Notes: a model not told the origin generated them from the sequence alone. A stretch of 43,988 nt of DNA from an uncultured Bacteroidaceae bacterium (GCA_964474745.1 CAYYUE010000001.1:1-43988), one strand, 5' to 3'; numbered from the stretch's first letter, positions 28,841 to 38,310 are shown. Program-made: numbers and translations.

Positions 28841-29405
28841 AGATGGGGACTTGCTGGTGAACAGATGGGGACTTGCTGATGAACAGATGGGGACTTGCTG
28901 ATGAGCAGATGAGGACTTGCTGATGAGCAGATGGGGACTTGCTGATGAAGAGATGGAGGCTTGCTGATGAGCAGATGGGGACTTGCTGATGAGCAGATGG
29001 GGACTTGCTGATGAAGAGATGAGGACTTGCTGGTGAGCAGATGAGGACTTGCTGGTGAACAGATGGAGGCTTGCTGATGAAGAGATGGAGGCTTGCTGAT
29101 GAACAGATGGAGGCTTGCTGATGAACAGATGGGGACTTGCTGATGAACAGATGGAGGCTTGCTGATGAAAAGATGGGGACTTGCTGATGAACAGATGGAG
29201 GCTTGCTGATGAAGAGATGGGGACTTGCTGATGAGCAGATGGGGACTTGCTGATGAGCAGATGAGGACTTGCTGATGAAGAGATGGGGGCTTGCTGGTGA
29301 ACAGATGGAGGCTTGCTGATGAAGAGATGGAGGCTTGCTGGTGAACAGATGGAGGCTTGCTGATGAGCAGATGGGGGCTTGCTGATGAACAGATGGGGGC
29401 TTGCT
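28841..29405. repeat. tandem array, 25 full copies plus one 15-nt partial copy of a 22-bp unit (consensus AGATGGGGACTTGCTGATGAAC)
   Basis: Units counted one by one, head to tail with no spacers. 16 of 22 positions are invariant. Variation is confined to positions 6, 7, 9, 17, 21 and 22. Confidence 0.97.
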
Positions 29406-29544
29406 CCGGATCGATATACAGTTCCTAATCGTGAGTCTGTTGTTATATAAACAGCCTTATAAACCAACCTCTTCCTACAGGAATTTCACATTTTCGTACA
29501 TCACTAAAATAAGCTGGATTTTGCAGTCTGAAGAATAGTATAAT

Positions 29545-30510
29545 TTAGTTAGTGGTTAGCGGATGTGTAGCCTGATAAATAAATACCAACGCATCGATGT
29601 TTCGAGGAACTTGCAAGTCAAGGTATACACTTTCGATGGGGATTACACGCCCCTTTTTTACAGCCGATAAGTTGTTATAAGGATAGGTTTGTACGAAAGC
29701 TTCCGCATCTTCTTTCCGAACAAAAATATATTCCGGATCTGCTTTCAATAAGGCTTCTACGCTGTAACTCCATCCTGTAATGTTCGAGGCAATATTTTGA
29801 GTACCTGCAATGGAAAAAATATCGGTGATAAACGTATTGCCTCCCGCTGTAAAATTTCCTCCTTTTCCGAATCCAACCACGTAATAAACAGTTGGTTTAT
29901 GATTACTATCTGCTTTTAAGCTTGAAGTTATTTTTTGTACTTGATTTTGCAAGTTTTTGTTGAGTTTTGCGGCTTCCTCCTCGTTTCCGATAAGCATTCC
30001 TATTTTCCGGATGTTTTCAAAAAGAGCTTCGAAAGTTGCTTTTTCGCGTATGGCAACCAGAGGGATACCTGCTTTTGCAATTATGTTGGCAGTATTTTCG
30101 GGAACCATGGATCCGATGATTACCAAATCAGGAGCCAAGGCGAATAATTTTTCAACATTTAAATTATTGATTCCTCCGATACTCTCGATAGCAAGAGCAT
30201 CGTTAGGGTAGGTACAATAATCGGTTCTTCCTATTAGGCGTTCATTCCCATGAAGTGCAAAAATAATTTCCGTAATAGCCGGAGATACGGAAACAATACG
30301 TTTCGGATTTTTAGGAACATGTACTTCTCTATTATAGTCATCTACAAACAAATAGTTTTCTTTTTCGGGAAGTGAATTCGTATTTGTTTGGCATGCCGTA
30401 GCCAGTACAACCAAAAATCCGAAACGGAATAAGAGTGTATTTAATTTTTGTTTTATTTTTTGTGCTTGCAAGGGATCAAAAAGGTTTATTATGCGTTCAT
30501 GCCCCCACAA
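29545..30510 (-). CDS. ABC-type periplasmic substrate-binding lipoprotein (BtuF / iron-siderophore-binding family)
   Basis: Lipoprotein signal FLVVLATAC, RIVSVSPAITEI and DLVI motifs typical of PF01497-type binding proteins. The modelled TTG start overlaps the fabG 3' end. An in-frame TTG at 30471 would remove the overlap. Confidence 0.7.
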   Translation of the reverse strand: MWGHERIINLFDPLQAQKIKQKLNTLLFRFGFLVVLATACQTNTNSLPEKENYLFVDDYNREVHVPKNPKRIVSVSPAITEIIFALHGNERLIGRTDYCTYPNDALAIESIGGINNLNVEKLFALAPDLVIIGSMVPENTANIIAKAGIPLVAIREKATFEALFENIRKIGMLIGNEEEAAKLNKNLQNQVQKITSSLKADSNHKPTVYYVVGFGKGGNFTAGGNTFITDIFSIAGTQNIASNITGWSYSVEALLKADPEYIFVRKEDAEAFVQTYPYNNLSAVKKGRVIPIESVYLDLQVPRNIDALVFIYQATHPLTTN

Positions 30511-31235
30511 ATATTAATTACTTGTCCGGTTACATATGATGACAAATCGGAGCCCAAAAATACACATACTTTAGCAACCTCATCAGGGGTTCCGCCTCTA
30601 TGTAAAGGAATTTTTTTATACCATTCGTCTTTAATATTATCAGGTAATACGGCTGTCATTTCTGTAATAATGAAGCCCGGAGCAATTGCATTGTGGCGAA
30701 TGTTACGAGTTCCCATTTCTTTAGCTGCCGATTTTGTGAAACCGATAATACCTGCTTTAGAAGCCGAATAGTTGCATTGATTTGCATTTCCGGAAACTCC
30801 TACAACAGAACTTAAATTGATCACGCTGCCTTCTCCTTTTTTCCACATAATCGGTTGTACGGCTTTTGTTAGATTGAATACCGATTTTAGATTTACATTG
30901 ATAACCATATCCCATTGTTCTTCCGTCATACGTTTCAATGCGCCGTCTCTTGTAATGCCGGCATTATTTACCAATATGTCTATAGTGCCGAATTCGGCAA
31001 CAACTGCTTCTACCAATTCGTTACTGCTTTCGAATGATGCGGCATTCGAAGCATAGCCTTTGGCCTTCACACCATACGCCAATAGTTCTTTTTCGGTTTC
31101 TTCCATGCTTTCGTTGCGTACAACATCAGAGAAGGCAACATTACATCCTTCTTGGGCATAACGTAGTGCAATTGCTTTTCCAATACCTCTTGAAGCTCCT
31201 GTAATAAGAGCAGTTTTTCCTTCTAATAATTTCAT
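30489..31235 (-). CDS. fabG: 3-oxoacyl-[acyl-carrier-protein] reductase
   Basis: 248 aa SDR with TGASRGIGKA, NNAG and YSASKAG motifs. Confidence 0.9.
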   Translation of the reverse strand: MKLLEGKTALITGASRGIGKAIALRYAQEGCNVAFSDVVRNESMEETEKELLAYGVKAKGYASNAASFESSNELVEAVVAEFGTIDILVNNAGITRDGALKRMTEEQWDMVINVNLKSVFNLTKAVQPIMWKKGEGSVINLSSVVGVSGNANQCNYSASKAGIIGFTKSAAKEMGTRNIRHNAIAPGFIITEMTAVLPDNIKDEWYKKIPLHRGGTPDEVAKVCVFLGSDLSSYVTGQVINICGGMNA

Positions 31236-31278
31236 TATGTTCTTTATTTTACGTTGTATTTTTATTGCTTAAAGTTTG

Positions 31279-31286
31279 CAAAGGTA
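31279..31286 (-). promoter_or_regulatory. Bacteroidota -7 promoter box TACCTTTG for fabG
   Basis: Reverse complement of CAAAGGTA, 44 nt upstream of the fabG ATG. Confidence 0.6.
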
Positions 31287-31348
31287 CAACTTTTTTTTGC
31301 ATTTTATAAAAACAGGATTCCTGTTTACAGATTGTGAGTACTCATTTT

Positions 31349-32479
31349 TTATAGCTTTTGTTGCCTTTTTTTAGGGAAGGATACCAGTTTTATTCCATAT
31401 GTCCATTCTATATAATCGGCATGTCCTGCATGTGCTTTTATAGAGACACCTGTGAATTGGGTGTTGTTTTTTCCGATGTGGTATAACACCCCTACACGTT
31501 CGTAATAAGGTAAAAATTGATATTCCCCATTAAATGTGTACACTCCGAATCCGACGCGAAGAGAGACTTTACCCCAAAAACATTCAAACGATGCAAAAAT
31601 AGCTTGTGAAAAATTTTCGATACTGCTGTAACATTCCGGCCTTGTAGCATTGGTTCCGTTATACATAATGTCGATACCGCCTCCATATGCAAAACACGGA
31701 TGAAACCGGCGAGAGTATCCTGCAGTAAAGGTTCCTGCAAAATAATAACTTTCGTTATGCCTGGATTGAACAAACCCCGGAGATAGGGACAAATAAATAT
31801 CGTTTTCTTTTTGGAAAAAGCTGTCTTTGACAAGATGCGGATAAGTGCATGTTCTGTTATCGAAATAATATGAAGCCCCTATTTCTGCATTGATAAAATT
31901 GAGCCCCAAATTGGGTTTTTTTAAATAACCATTCGACGAATGCGAAAATTTGATGCCTCCGAAGACATTTATATTTTCTTGTATGTTATAAGTTCCCACA
32001 AACCCCAAATTGATAAGTACGTTTAAGGGGGAACCAATATATTTGTTATTGCTGTTTGTTATGGGATCGTACCATTTCGAATAATAGGAGAGTCCTAATC
32101 CTATATACCAATCAATACTGTATTTAGGTGTTTTATAAAACGAAGGTTGAACAAAAAACGACAATCCCAATTTATTTCCTGTGAAGGGATTCCGAATATA
32201 ATCATAAGAAAACTCAATACCTGTAAAAGGATAATTCCAGAAAGAATACCAATAATCGTCACCATGAAGTTCTTTTCCTAAAGTAATCGAAAAACCGTAT
32301 GCGGGATCGTTTATGGCATGCCTTGCTTTTTCGTTATTGGGAATGATATGTCCATAACGCAAAGCACCCCCTACAAATGAATTTTGGGCACATAGTACAC
32401 CTGCATGCAGTAATGCAAAACAAATCCATGCGTATCGAATTTTACAAAGTATTTTTTTATTCATGTTCATGAAAGCCAT
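31349..32479 (-). CDS. outer-membrane acyloxyacyl hydrolase / lipid A deacylase (PagL-like)
   Basis: 376 aa. Signal peptide, aromatic-rich beta-barrel-like sequence and an HSSNG...PNLGLN segment resembling the PagL His-x-Ser-Asn active-site region. Confidence 0.5.
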   Translation of the reverse strand: MAFMNMNKKILCKIRYAWICFALLHAGVLCAQNSFVGGALRYGHIIPNNEKARHAINDPAYGFSITLGKELHGDDYWYSFWNYPFTGIEFSYDYIRNPFTGNKLGLSFFVQPSFYKTPKYSIDWYIGLGLSYYSKWYDPITNSNNKYIGSPLNVLINLGFVGTYNIQENINVFGGIKFSHSSNGYLKKPNLGLNFINAEIGASYYFDNRTCTYPHLVKDSFFQKENDIYLSLSPGFVQSRHNESYYFAGTFTAGYSRRFHPCFAYGGGIDIMYNGTNATRPECYSSIENFSQAIFASFECFWGKVSLRVGFGVYTFNGEYQFLPYYERVGVLYHIGKNNTQFTGVSIKAHAGHADYIEWTYGIKLVSFPKKRQQKL

Positions 32480-32555
32480 AGTTTAAGTAAGAATATAAAT
32501 AAATAATTCAAGTGTGCTGATTCTTACTATTTTCTATAAAGATGGAAAAGAGTAT

Positions 32556-33101
32556 TTATTGCTTTATTGCATCTGCAAAATCGAAGAGCGACTTGTATTG
32601 GAAATCAATTCGATTCGGATATCGTAATGCCATTTGGTTATAATTCCCTATAAATACGGTAGTCATTCCGGTACGTTTCCCAAAGTTCATATCTCCAAGA
32701 CTGTCGCCGACCATTACAGATCGGTTGAATCGAATTTCCGGAAAATCTTTTTTTGCCTGCAGCGCCATGCCTATATTTGGTTTTCGGTTGAAGCTGCCCT
32801 CTTTTTCCAGTGCGGCACAGAAGTATATCTTATCAATACGCCCGCCCGCTGAATTCACTTTTTGTATAAATTCGTTGTGTATAAGGTGCAGACCCTCTTC
32901 GGTCATCAACCCTTTTCCAATACCCTGTTGATTGGTAACTATTAGAATTTTATCGAATATGGAATCAAAAATTTGCATAGCCTCCAACACGCCGTCTATT
33001 ATTTCGAATTGTTGGGGAGTTGTTACATAGTTATTTTCAATTCGTCGATTCAGTACACCATCACGGTCAAGAAAAAGCGTATAGCCCGAATAGTTTCTCA
33101 T
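32556..33101 (-). CDS. HAD-IIIA family phosphatase (GmhB-like heptose bisphosphate phosphatase)
   Basis: 181 aa with FLDRDGVLN (motif I), VTNQQGI (motif II) and GDSLGD (motif IV). Confidence 0.75.
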   Translation of the reverse strand: MRNYSGYTLFLDRDGVLNRRIENNYVTTPQQFEIIDGVLEAMQIFDSIFDKILIVTNQQGIGKGLMTEEGLHLIHNEFIQKVNSAGGRIDKIYFCAALEKEGSFNRKPNIGMALQAKKDFPEIRFNRSVMVGDSLGDMNFGKRTGMTTVFIGNYNQMALRYPNRIDFQYKSLFDFADAIKQ

Positions 33102-33112
33102 GATAATATGCT

Positions 33113-34087
33113 TTATTGTTGTTGAGGTTCATTGTTTAATAATTCTTTTTCAATTAAATAGGTGTTTCGTGTGGGGGAATTGCGTCCGATAAGCTCTCCC
33201 AAAAATCCGGTTAAAAAGAGTTGCGTCCCCAGAATCATAAAAATCAATGCGAAATAAAAATAAGGACTGTCGGTTACCAGCCGCATATGAATTCCGTTAG
33301 AGATGGCAATCAGTTTTTGAGCTCCGAGTACGATAGCTGCCATAAAACCTAATAGAAAGCAGATGCTTCCGATAAGCCCGAAAAGATGCATAGGCCGTTT
33401 TCCGAATTTAGAAATAAACATGATGGAAAGTAGGTCCAGATATCCGTTAATAAATCGGTTCAATCCAAATTTAGTAACGCCAAATTCGCGTTTGCGATGC
33501 TGTACTATTTTTTCGCCGATATTTGAATACCCTGCCCATTTGGCAATCACGGGGATATAACGGTGCATCTCCCCGTATACTTCAATGCTTTTAACTACGT
33601 CTTTGCGGTATGCTTTTAATCCGCAATTAAAGTCGTGCAATTGTATTCCCGACATTTTACGTGTAGTCCAGTTGAAGAATTTCGACGGAATATTTTTAGC
33701 CAATTTAGAGTCATGACGAACTTTTTTCCATCCTGAAACCAAATCATACCCCTCCGTTTTTATCATATGGAATAAATCGGGAATTTCGTCCGGACTATCT
33801 TGTAAATCCGCATCCATTGTAATAACCACATCACCTTGAACATGTGAAAACCCTACATTCAATGCTGCCGATTTTCCATAATTGCGCCGAAACTTAATTC
33901 CTTTATAGCATGGATTTTCTTGAGATAATTCTTCGATAACTTTCCATGATTTGTCTTTGCTTCCATCATCCACCATAATGACTTCGTAGGAGAAGCGGTT
34001 TTCCTGCATTACTCTTGTAATCCATTCCGCCAAATGAGGTAATGATTCGTCTTCATTGAATAAAGGAACAACTATTGATATATCCAT
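33113..34087 (-). CDS. family 2 glycosyltransferase (polyprenol-phosphate sugar transferase, ArnC/GtrB-like)
   Basis: 324 aa with SIVVPLFNE, VDDGSKD and DADLQD motifs, plus two C-terminal TM helices. Confidence 0.85.
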   Translation of the reverse strand: MDISIVVPLFNEDESLPHLAEWITRVMQENRFSYEVIMVDDGSKDKSWKVIEELSQENPCYKGIKFRRNYGKSAALNVGFSHVQGDVVITMDADLQDSPDEIPDLFHMIKTEGYDLVSGWKKVRHDSKLAKNIPSKFFNWTTRKMSGIQLHDFNCGLKAYRKDVVKSIEVYGEMHRYIPVIAKWAGYSNIGEKIVQHRKREFGVTKFGLNRFINGYLDLLSIMFISKFGKRPMHLFGLIGSICFLLGFMAAIVLGAQKLIAISNGIHMRLVTDSPYFYFALIFMILGTQLFLTGFLGELIGRNSPTRNTYLIEKELLNNEPQQQ

Positions 34088-34093
34088 GTGATT

Positions 34094-34648
34094 TTATTTT
34101 TTTTCTCGAACAATATTTTTTTGGGTGCGGAAAAACAGTGCCACAATAAAAGCCAATATCAAGGATGTAACTGCGGTTAATATAAACCCCATCATGCTTA
34201 AATATTTCGTAGTTGCCATTTCTTTTAACTGAGTCAGTTTTTCAGCGAGCAATTCGGACGATTCGGCCCAGTTTTGCCGGTAGATAATTTCTTGAGCTTC
34301 ATAATACCGTTGTACAAATTCCGGATCCATGCGATAGCCATAAAAAAGCAAGAAGATTCCGTATACCATCGCGGCTATGATTCCGATACCGATATTCAGA
34401 ATATAAACCTCTTTAAAAAAGATTTTTTTATCTGCTAATTTCTTTCTATACACTAAAGTAAATAACACCATGGAAAGGAATAATACCACATTATCGATCC
34501 AGGAAGAAGGGCTTTCCATCGGATAGGTGAGCCAATATCGAAGCATGGTGGAAAAACACAAAATAAGCCCCGTATACAATCCATATAGGAGCCACGCTTT
34601 TTTATAATTTCCATATACCGTTGATTGGTATCGTCTTAATAATCCCAT
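34094..34648 (-). CDS. DUF4199-like membrane protein
   Basis: 184 aa with four TM segments. Position next to the GT2 gene matches the usual Bacteroidota arrangement. Confidence 0.55.
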   Translation of the reverse strand: MGLLRRYQSTVYGNYKKAWLLYGLYTGLILCFSTMLRYWLTYPMESPSSWIDNVVLFLSMVLFTLVYRKKLADKKIFFKEVYILNIGIGIIAAMVYGIFLLFYGYRMDPEFVQRYYEAQEIIYRQNWAESSELLAEKLTQLKEMATTKYLSMMGFILTAVTSLILAFIVALFFRTQKNIVREKK

Positions 34649-34668
34649 GTATTTATAAATTTAACTTG

Positions 34669-34676
34669 CAAATTTA
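34669..34676 (-). promoter_or_regulatory. Bacteroidota -7 promoter box TAAATTTG
   Basis: Reverse complement of CAAATTTA, 21 nt upstream of the ATG at 34648. Confidence 0.6.
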
Positions 34677-34704
34677 CGTTTTTTTGTCAATATGCATATG
34701 AATT

Positions 34705-35850
34705 TTATTCCCAAACAACAGGTTTGTTGTATATAAAATCCAGAAGCTTTATTACAGAGGTTTGATTGTTATAGAGTTGTAATAATTTCGTATTTCTTAA
34801 TTCTACATCTTGTTGTGTGAATTCTTTTTTGAATAATTCAAACAATTTTTCTTTGAGTTTGTGCGGTTCGTTAGCAACAATACAAAGACTATCGAGTTGT
34901 GTTCCCGAAACCATGGCATCGTTTACCAAACAAAAACGGCCGTTGTAAAGAGCGTTTAAGAGCTTTAATTTGAAACCTGTATCTTGTTGTGTGACCAATA
35001 TATTCACATGGGCATCTTGTACCATATGTTGCATTTCTTCTTCGTTTGGATTGGCAACTAACGTTACATTCGGATATTTTGACAAAAGATGCACTAAATG
35101 AGTTGGGGGATTAAGCCCCGCTACTTTAAAATGGATAGAGGTATGGCGGAAAATATGCTCAATCAAATATGTTACCGCATTATAATTTTCTGCAACCGAA
35201 AGCTGCCCGTGATACAGTGCGTAAGTCCCTTGTCCCGGAGCACTTTTTACCACATTGTAACATTGAAAAGAAGAAACGGTAATCACATTAGAGTAGTATT
35301 GCGAAAAATAATCTGCATCTTTTTGAGTAATGGCAATAATGCCCGATGCTTTCTTTAAAATGGGTTCAAAATGTCGCAATTTTGAAACTTCTTGTTTGAG
35401 ATATAGCTTTTTACGTAAATTCTTTTCTTGCTTTGACAAATGGTAATAGTAATCATGTTCCACGTTATGCATGCGGACATATATTTTTCTATGGGAGAGT
35501 CTTTTTTCTTTTAGCAACATGCAGCAATGCAATCCTTCCAGAAGAATTGGAAAATCGTCTTGAAGTAAATTGCTTACTAATTTTTTCGAATCTCTGGAGC
35601 ATACCATATAAGGGAGTATGCTGAAAAGTTTGGAGATAGAGGTCGTGCGTTTGTAATAATTGACGGAGTGGCAAATGGTATCGAGTATTTTGGAATGCTG
35701 GCGCCCGTATTCAAAACAATGCAAATGAACTTTGACCCCCATTTCCGATATGTGTTTTATTCGATAAAATACGTCGATAACCCCTCCGTAATTTGCAGGA
35801 TAAGGAATGTCAAACGATACAATATGTATATGCTTATCAGTATATTTCAT
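34705..35850 (-). CDS. glycosyltransferase (GT-B fold, family 1/4-like)
   Basis: 381 aa with N-terminal IHIVSFDIPYPANYGGVIDVF. Size and C-terminal half are compatible with GT-B transferases. Assignment is by resemblance only. Confidence 0.5.
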   Translation of the reverse strand: MKYTDKHIHIVSFDIPYPANYGGVIDVFYRIKHISEMGVKVHLHCFEYGRQHSKILDTICHSVNYYKRTTSISKLFSILPYMVCSRDSKKLVSNLLQDDFPILLEGLHCCMLLKEKRLSHRKIYVRMHNVEHDYYYHLSKQEKNLRKKLYLKQEVSKLRHFEPILKKASGIIAITQKDADYFSQYYSNVITVSSFQCYNVVKSAPGQGTYALYHGQLSVAENYNAVTYLIEHIFRHTSIHFKVAGLNPPTHLVHLLSKYPNVTLVANPNEEEMQHMVQDAHVNILVTQQDTGFKLKLLNALYNGRFCLVNDAMVSGTQLDSLCIVANEPHKLKEKLFELFKKEFTQQDVELRNTKLLQLYNNQTSVIKLLDFIYNKPVVWE

Positions 35851-35864
35851 TTTTTTATTTATAG

Positions 35865-36629
35865 TTATACTTCAATAGTTAGATTGTCGTAAGCCAGGAA
35901 TACATTTGGAGGAAGTTCTCTATTTACCGTTTCATGAAACCCCATTTGATGACTGATATGGGTAATGTAGGCCTGTTTCGGTTTTATGGCTTCAATTATT
36001 TCCAGGGCTTCCGAAAGACAGAAGTGGGAAAAATGCTTTTCTTTTCGTAATGAGTTGATTACTAAAAATTTTGACCCTCTTATCTTTTCCAATTCGGAGA
36101 GAGAAATGCTACTGGCATCCGTAATATAAGTGAAATCATGAATTCGATATCCGAAAATAGGCAAATCTTTGTGCAGTGCTTCAATTGGAATAACACGATG
36201 TTGATGTATGTAGAAATCATGTTTACTATCAACGCTCAGCAAATTGGCCTCCGGAAGGCCCGGGTATTCATGTTGAGTGAAAATATATGCGTAATCCCTT
36301 TGTATGCTTTCTATGGCGTTGCAACGGGCATAGATATCCATAGAACGTTGTTGTACATGATTGAAAGAGCGGATATCGTCGATACCTCCGATATGATCCC
36401 TGTGTGCGTGAGTAATTAAAATACCCTCCAAATGCATGACGTGTTGGCGAAGCATTTGCTCTCTAAAATCGGGACCAATGTCGATAAGGATGTTCTTATC
36501 CTCTATAGTTATTAATGCAGAGGTGCGTAAACGCTTGTCTCTGGAGTCGGTAGATTGGCAAACTTGACAGTTGCAAGCAATAACAGGCACGCCCTGAGAA
36601 GTTCCGGTTCCAAGAAAAGTTACTTTCAT
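35865..36629 (-). CDS. MBL-fold metallo-hydrolase (PhnP/YycJ-like)
   Basis: 254 aa with GTGTSQGVP, a CNCQVC Cys motif and HAHRDH (HxHxDH). Confidence 0.8.
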   Translation of the reverse strand: MKVTFLGTGTSQGVPVIACNCQVCQSTDSRDKRLRTSALITIEDKNILIDIGPDFREQMLRQHVMHLEGILITHAHRDHIGGIDDIRSFNHVQQRSMDIYARCNAIESIQRDYAYIFTQHEYPGLPEANLLSVDSKHDFYIHQHRVIPIEALHKDLPIFGYRIHDFTYITDASSISLSELEKIRGSKFLVINSLRKEKHFSHFCLSEALEIIEAIKPKQAYITHISHQMGFHETVNRELPPNVFLAYDNLTIEV

Positions 36630-36697
36630 TTTGGTATTTTGTTAGTCTTTTTGTACTATAACCTTATTCAATTCGGAAAATTGCACGCGGCAGTTGC

Positions 36698-37939
36698 CTA
36701 TTTCTTTTCTCGAAATTCCTTTGGAAAGCATAGATAATACTTTGTTACGGATTTTTCTAAAAAATGCCGGTCGAGTTGATCGGAAGCAATGCTGATGTCA
36801 TCACATGTTTTGTTTTTATACAATATCTTAATTTCCTCGTCCTGAAAATCATATGCATGATTTTCTAAAATACCCGAGGTTATAAACCATTTGCTATCTT
36901 CTTTTGAAATCCCATATCCTTTGGCGATTTTATCCGTATAGTATTCGGTAGTGCTTTCTTCGAACGGCTTATTGGATATGTAAATACAATGCAACTGTCT
37001 GTCTATGAGAAATGCAGATAGTTTCGATAAAATAAAATCCGAATGGTATTTCCAAAGTTTTATTGCTGAAAAGATATCATAATCATCTAACTGTGCGAAG
37101 TTATCTACAATTTCACTTGAAGACTCGAAATCGGAATGTGTATAATTATTTGATAAAAACAACTGTAAAGGTTTCGAACACATAACGGGGACACCGTCAC
37201 GCAATAGTTGACGAGCTCGCTTTATAATGGCGATCAATAGGCTGTCGGCCGAAACAACTGTTTTGTGCAAATACACCTGCCAGTACATGAGCCGACGCGA
37301 AATAATAAATTTTTCAATAGAATAAATTCCTTTTTCATCTACCACCAACGTATCCTCAAATACATTTAGCATATTGATAATTCGTTCTGTGCCTATGATT
37401 CCTTCCGAAACGCCTGTAAAAAAACTGTCACGGCTTAGATAGTCCAACCGATCCATATCCAATTGGCTTGAAACCAATTGATGTAAAAATTTTTTAGCAT
37501 ATGAATTTTCAAAAATGGCAATGGCTTTTTCTAGTGCGCCTCCATATGTTACATTCAGCTTTCGCATAAAGATTTTCGAAATGTCTTCATGTGTAATATC
37601 TTGAATAATGGCATATTCCAATGAATGCGAGAAAGGCCCATGCCCGATATCGTGTAGTAAAATAGCTAATTTTACAGCAACAGCTTCTTCATCGGAAATA
37701 TCCACGTTTTTACATCGTAGCACATCAATAGCCTGGTTCATTAAATACATGGCACCCAATGTATGACTGAATCGAGTGTGTACAGCTCCGGGGTATACCA
37801 AATAGGAAAGTCCAAGTTGTTTAATACGCTGTAAACGCTGGAAGTAAGGATGCGATACGATATCGTATAAAATGTCGCAATCTAATGTGATAAAGCCATA
37901 TACAGGATCGTTGATAATTTTCCGTTTGTTGATTTTCAT
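36698..37939 (-). CDS. HD-domain phosphohydrolase (dGTPase/SAMHD1-like dNTP triphosphohydrolase family)
   Basis: 413 aa with RFSHTLG and LLHDIGHGPFSH motifs and a DRLDYLSRD segment. Confidence 0.8.
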   Translation of the reverse strand: MKINKRKIINDPVYGFITLDCDILYDIVSHPYFQRLQRIKQLGLSYLVYPGAVHTRFSHTLGAMYLMNQAIDVLRCKNVDISDEEAVAVKLAILLHDIGHGPFSHSLEYAIIQDITHEDISKIFMRKLNVTYGGALEKAIAIFENSYAKKFLHQLVSSQLDMDRLDYLSRDSFFTGVSEGIIGTERIINMLNVFEDTLVVDEKGIYSIEKFIISRRLMYWQVYLHKTVVSADSLLIAIIKRARQLLRDGVPVMCSKPLQLFLSNNYTHSDFESSSEIVDNFAQLDDYDIFSAIKLWKYHSDFILSKLSAFLIDRQLHCIYISNKPFEESTTEYYTDKIAKGYGISKEDSKWFITSGILENHAYDFQDEEIKILYKNKTCDDISIASDQLDRHFLEKSVTKYYLCFPKEFREKK

Positions 37940-37965
37940 GATGCTGAAGAGTTGAGATTAACATA

Positions 37966-38310
37966 TTAAGGAAGTATTACGGCAAGAAATACAACAGGTT
38001 TATTGCTTTTATTCGTAATGCTGTGGCTATCTCCGTTTCCTGTAAACACAACATCTCCTTCATGAAGCACCTCTGTAACACCATTATCCGTAACTACAGC
38101 TTCCCCTTCCGTAAGGTAATAGATTTCGGCTTCCGGATGGTGACTATGTTCTTTGATACTGCTTTCAGGAGGAAGAACAATTTTGGAAAACATCAAAGCC
38201 TTGTGCAACATTTCGTTAGGTGTTAAAATGTTTTCTTTTTGTATAATTCCCTGTATATTCCCAATGTTTTCTATATCATTGGTTTCAATAGTTTCTTTTC
38301 GTTTAATCAT
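37966..38310 (-). CDS. cupin domain-containing protein
   Basis: 114 aa with the two cupin motifs (EHSHHPEAEIYYLTEG and GDVVFTGNGDSHSI). Confidence 0.7.
   Translation of the reverse strand: MIKRKETIETNDIENIGNIQGIIQKENILTPNEMLHKALMFSKIVLPPESSIKEHSHHPEAEIYYLTEGEAVVTDNGVTEVLHEGDVVFTGNGDSHSITNKSNKPVVFLAVILP

Noticed and set aside
28841-29405. CRISPR array
   Set aside because: The units are contiguous with no spacers, and the 22-bp unit has no unique intervening sequence. This is a tandem minisatellite, not a repeat-spacer array.
28595-29467. 290-aa ORF as a real repeat-protein gene
   Set aside because: It uses a TTG start. The 22-bp DNA unit is read in all three phases, so conservation is at the DNA level and not the codon level. 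The non-repeat N- and C-terminal parts are short, low-complexity and AT-driven, and no signal peptide or known domain is present. It is kept only as an alternative hypothesis in the finding.
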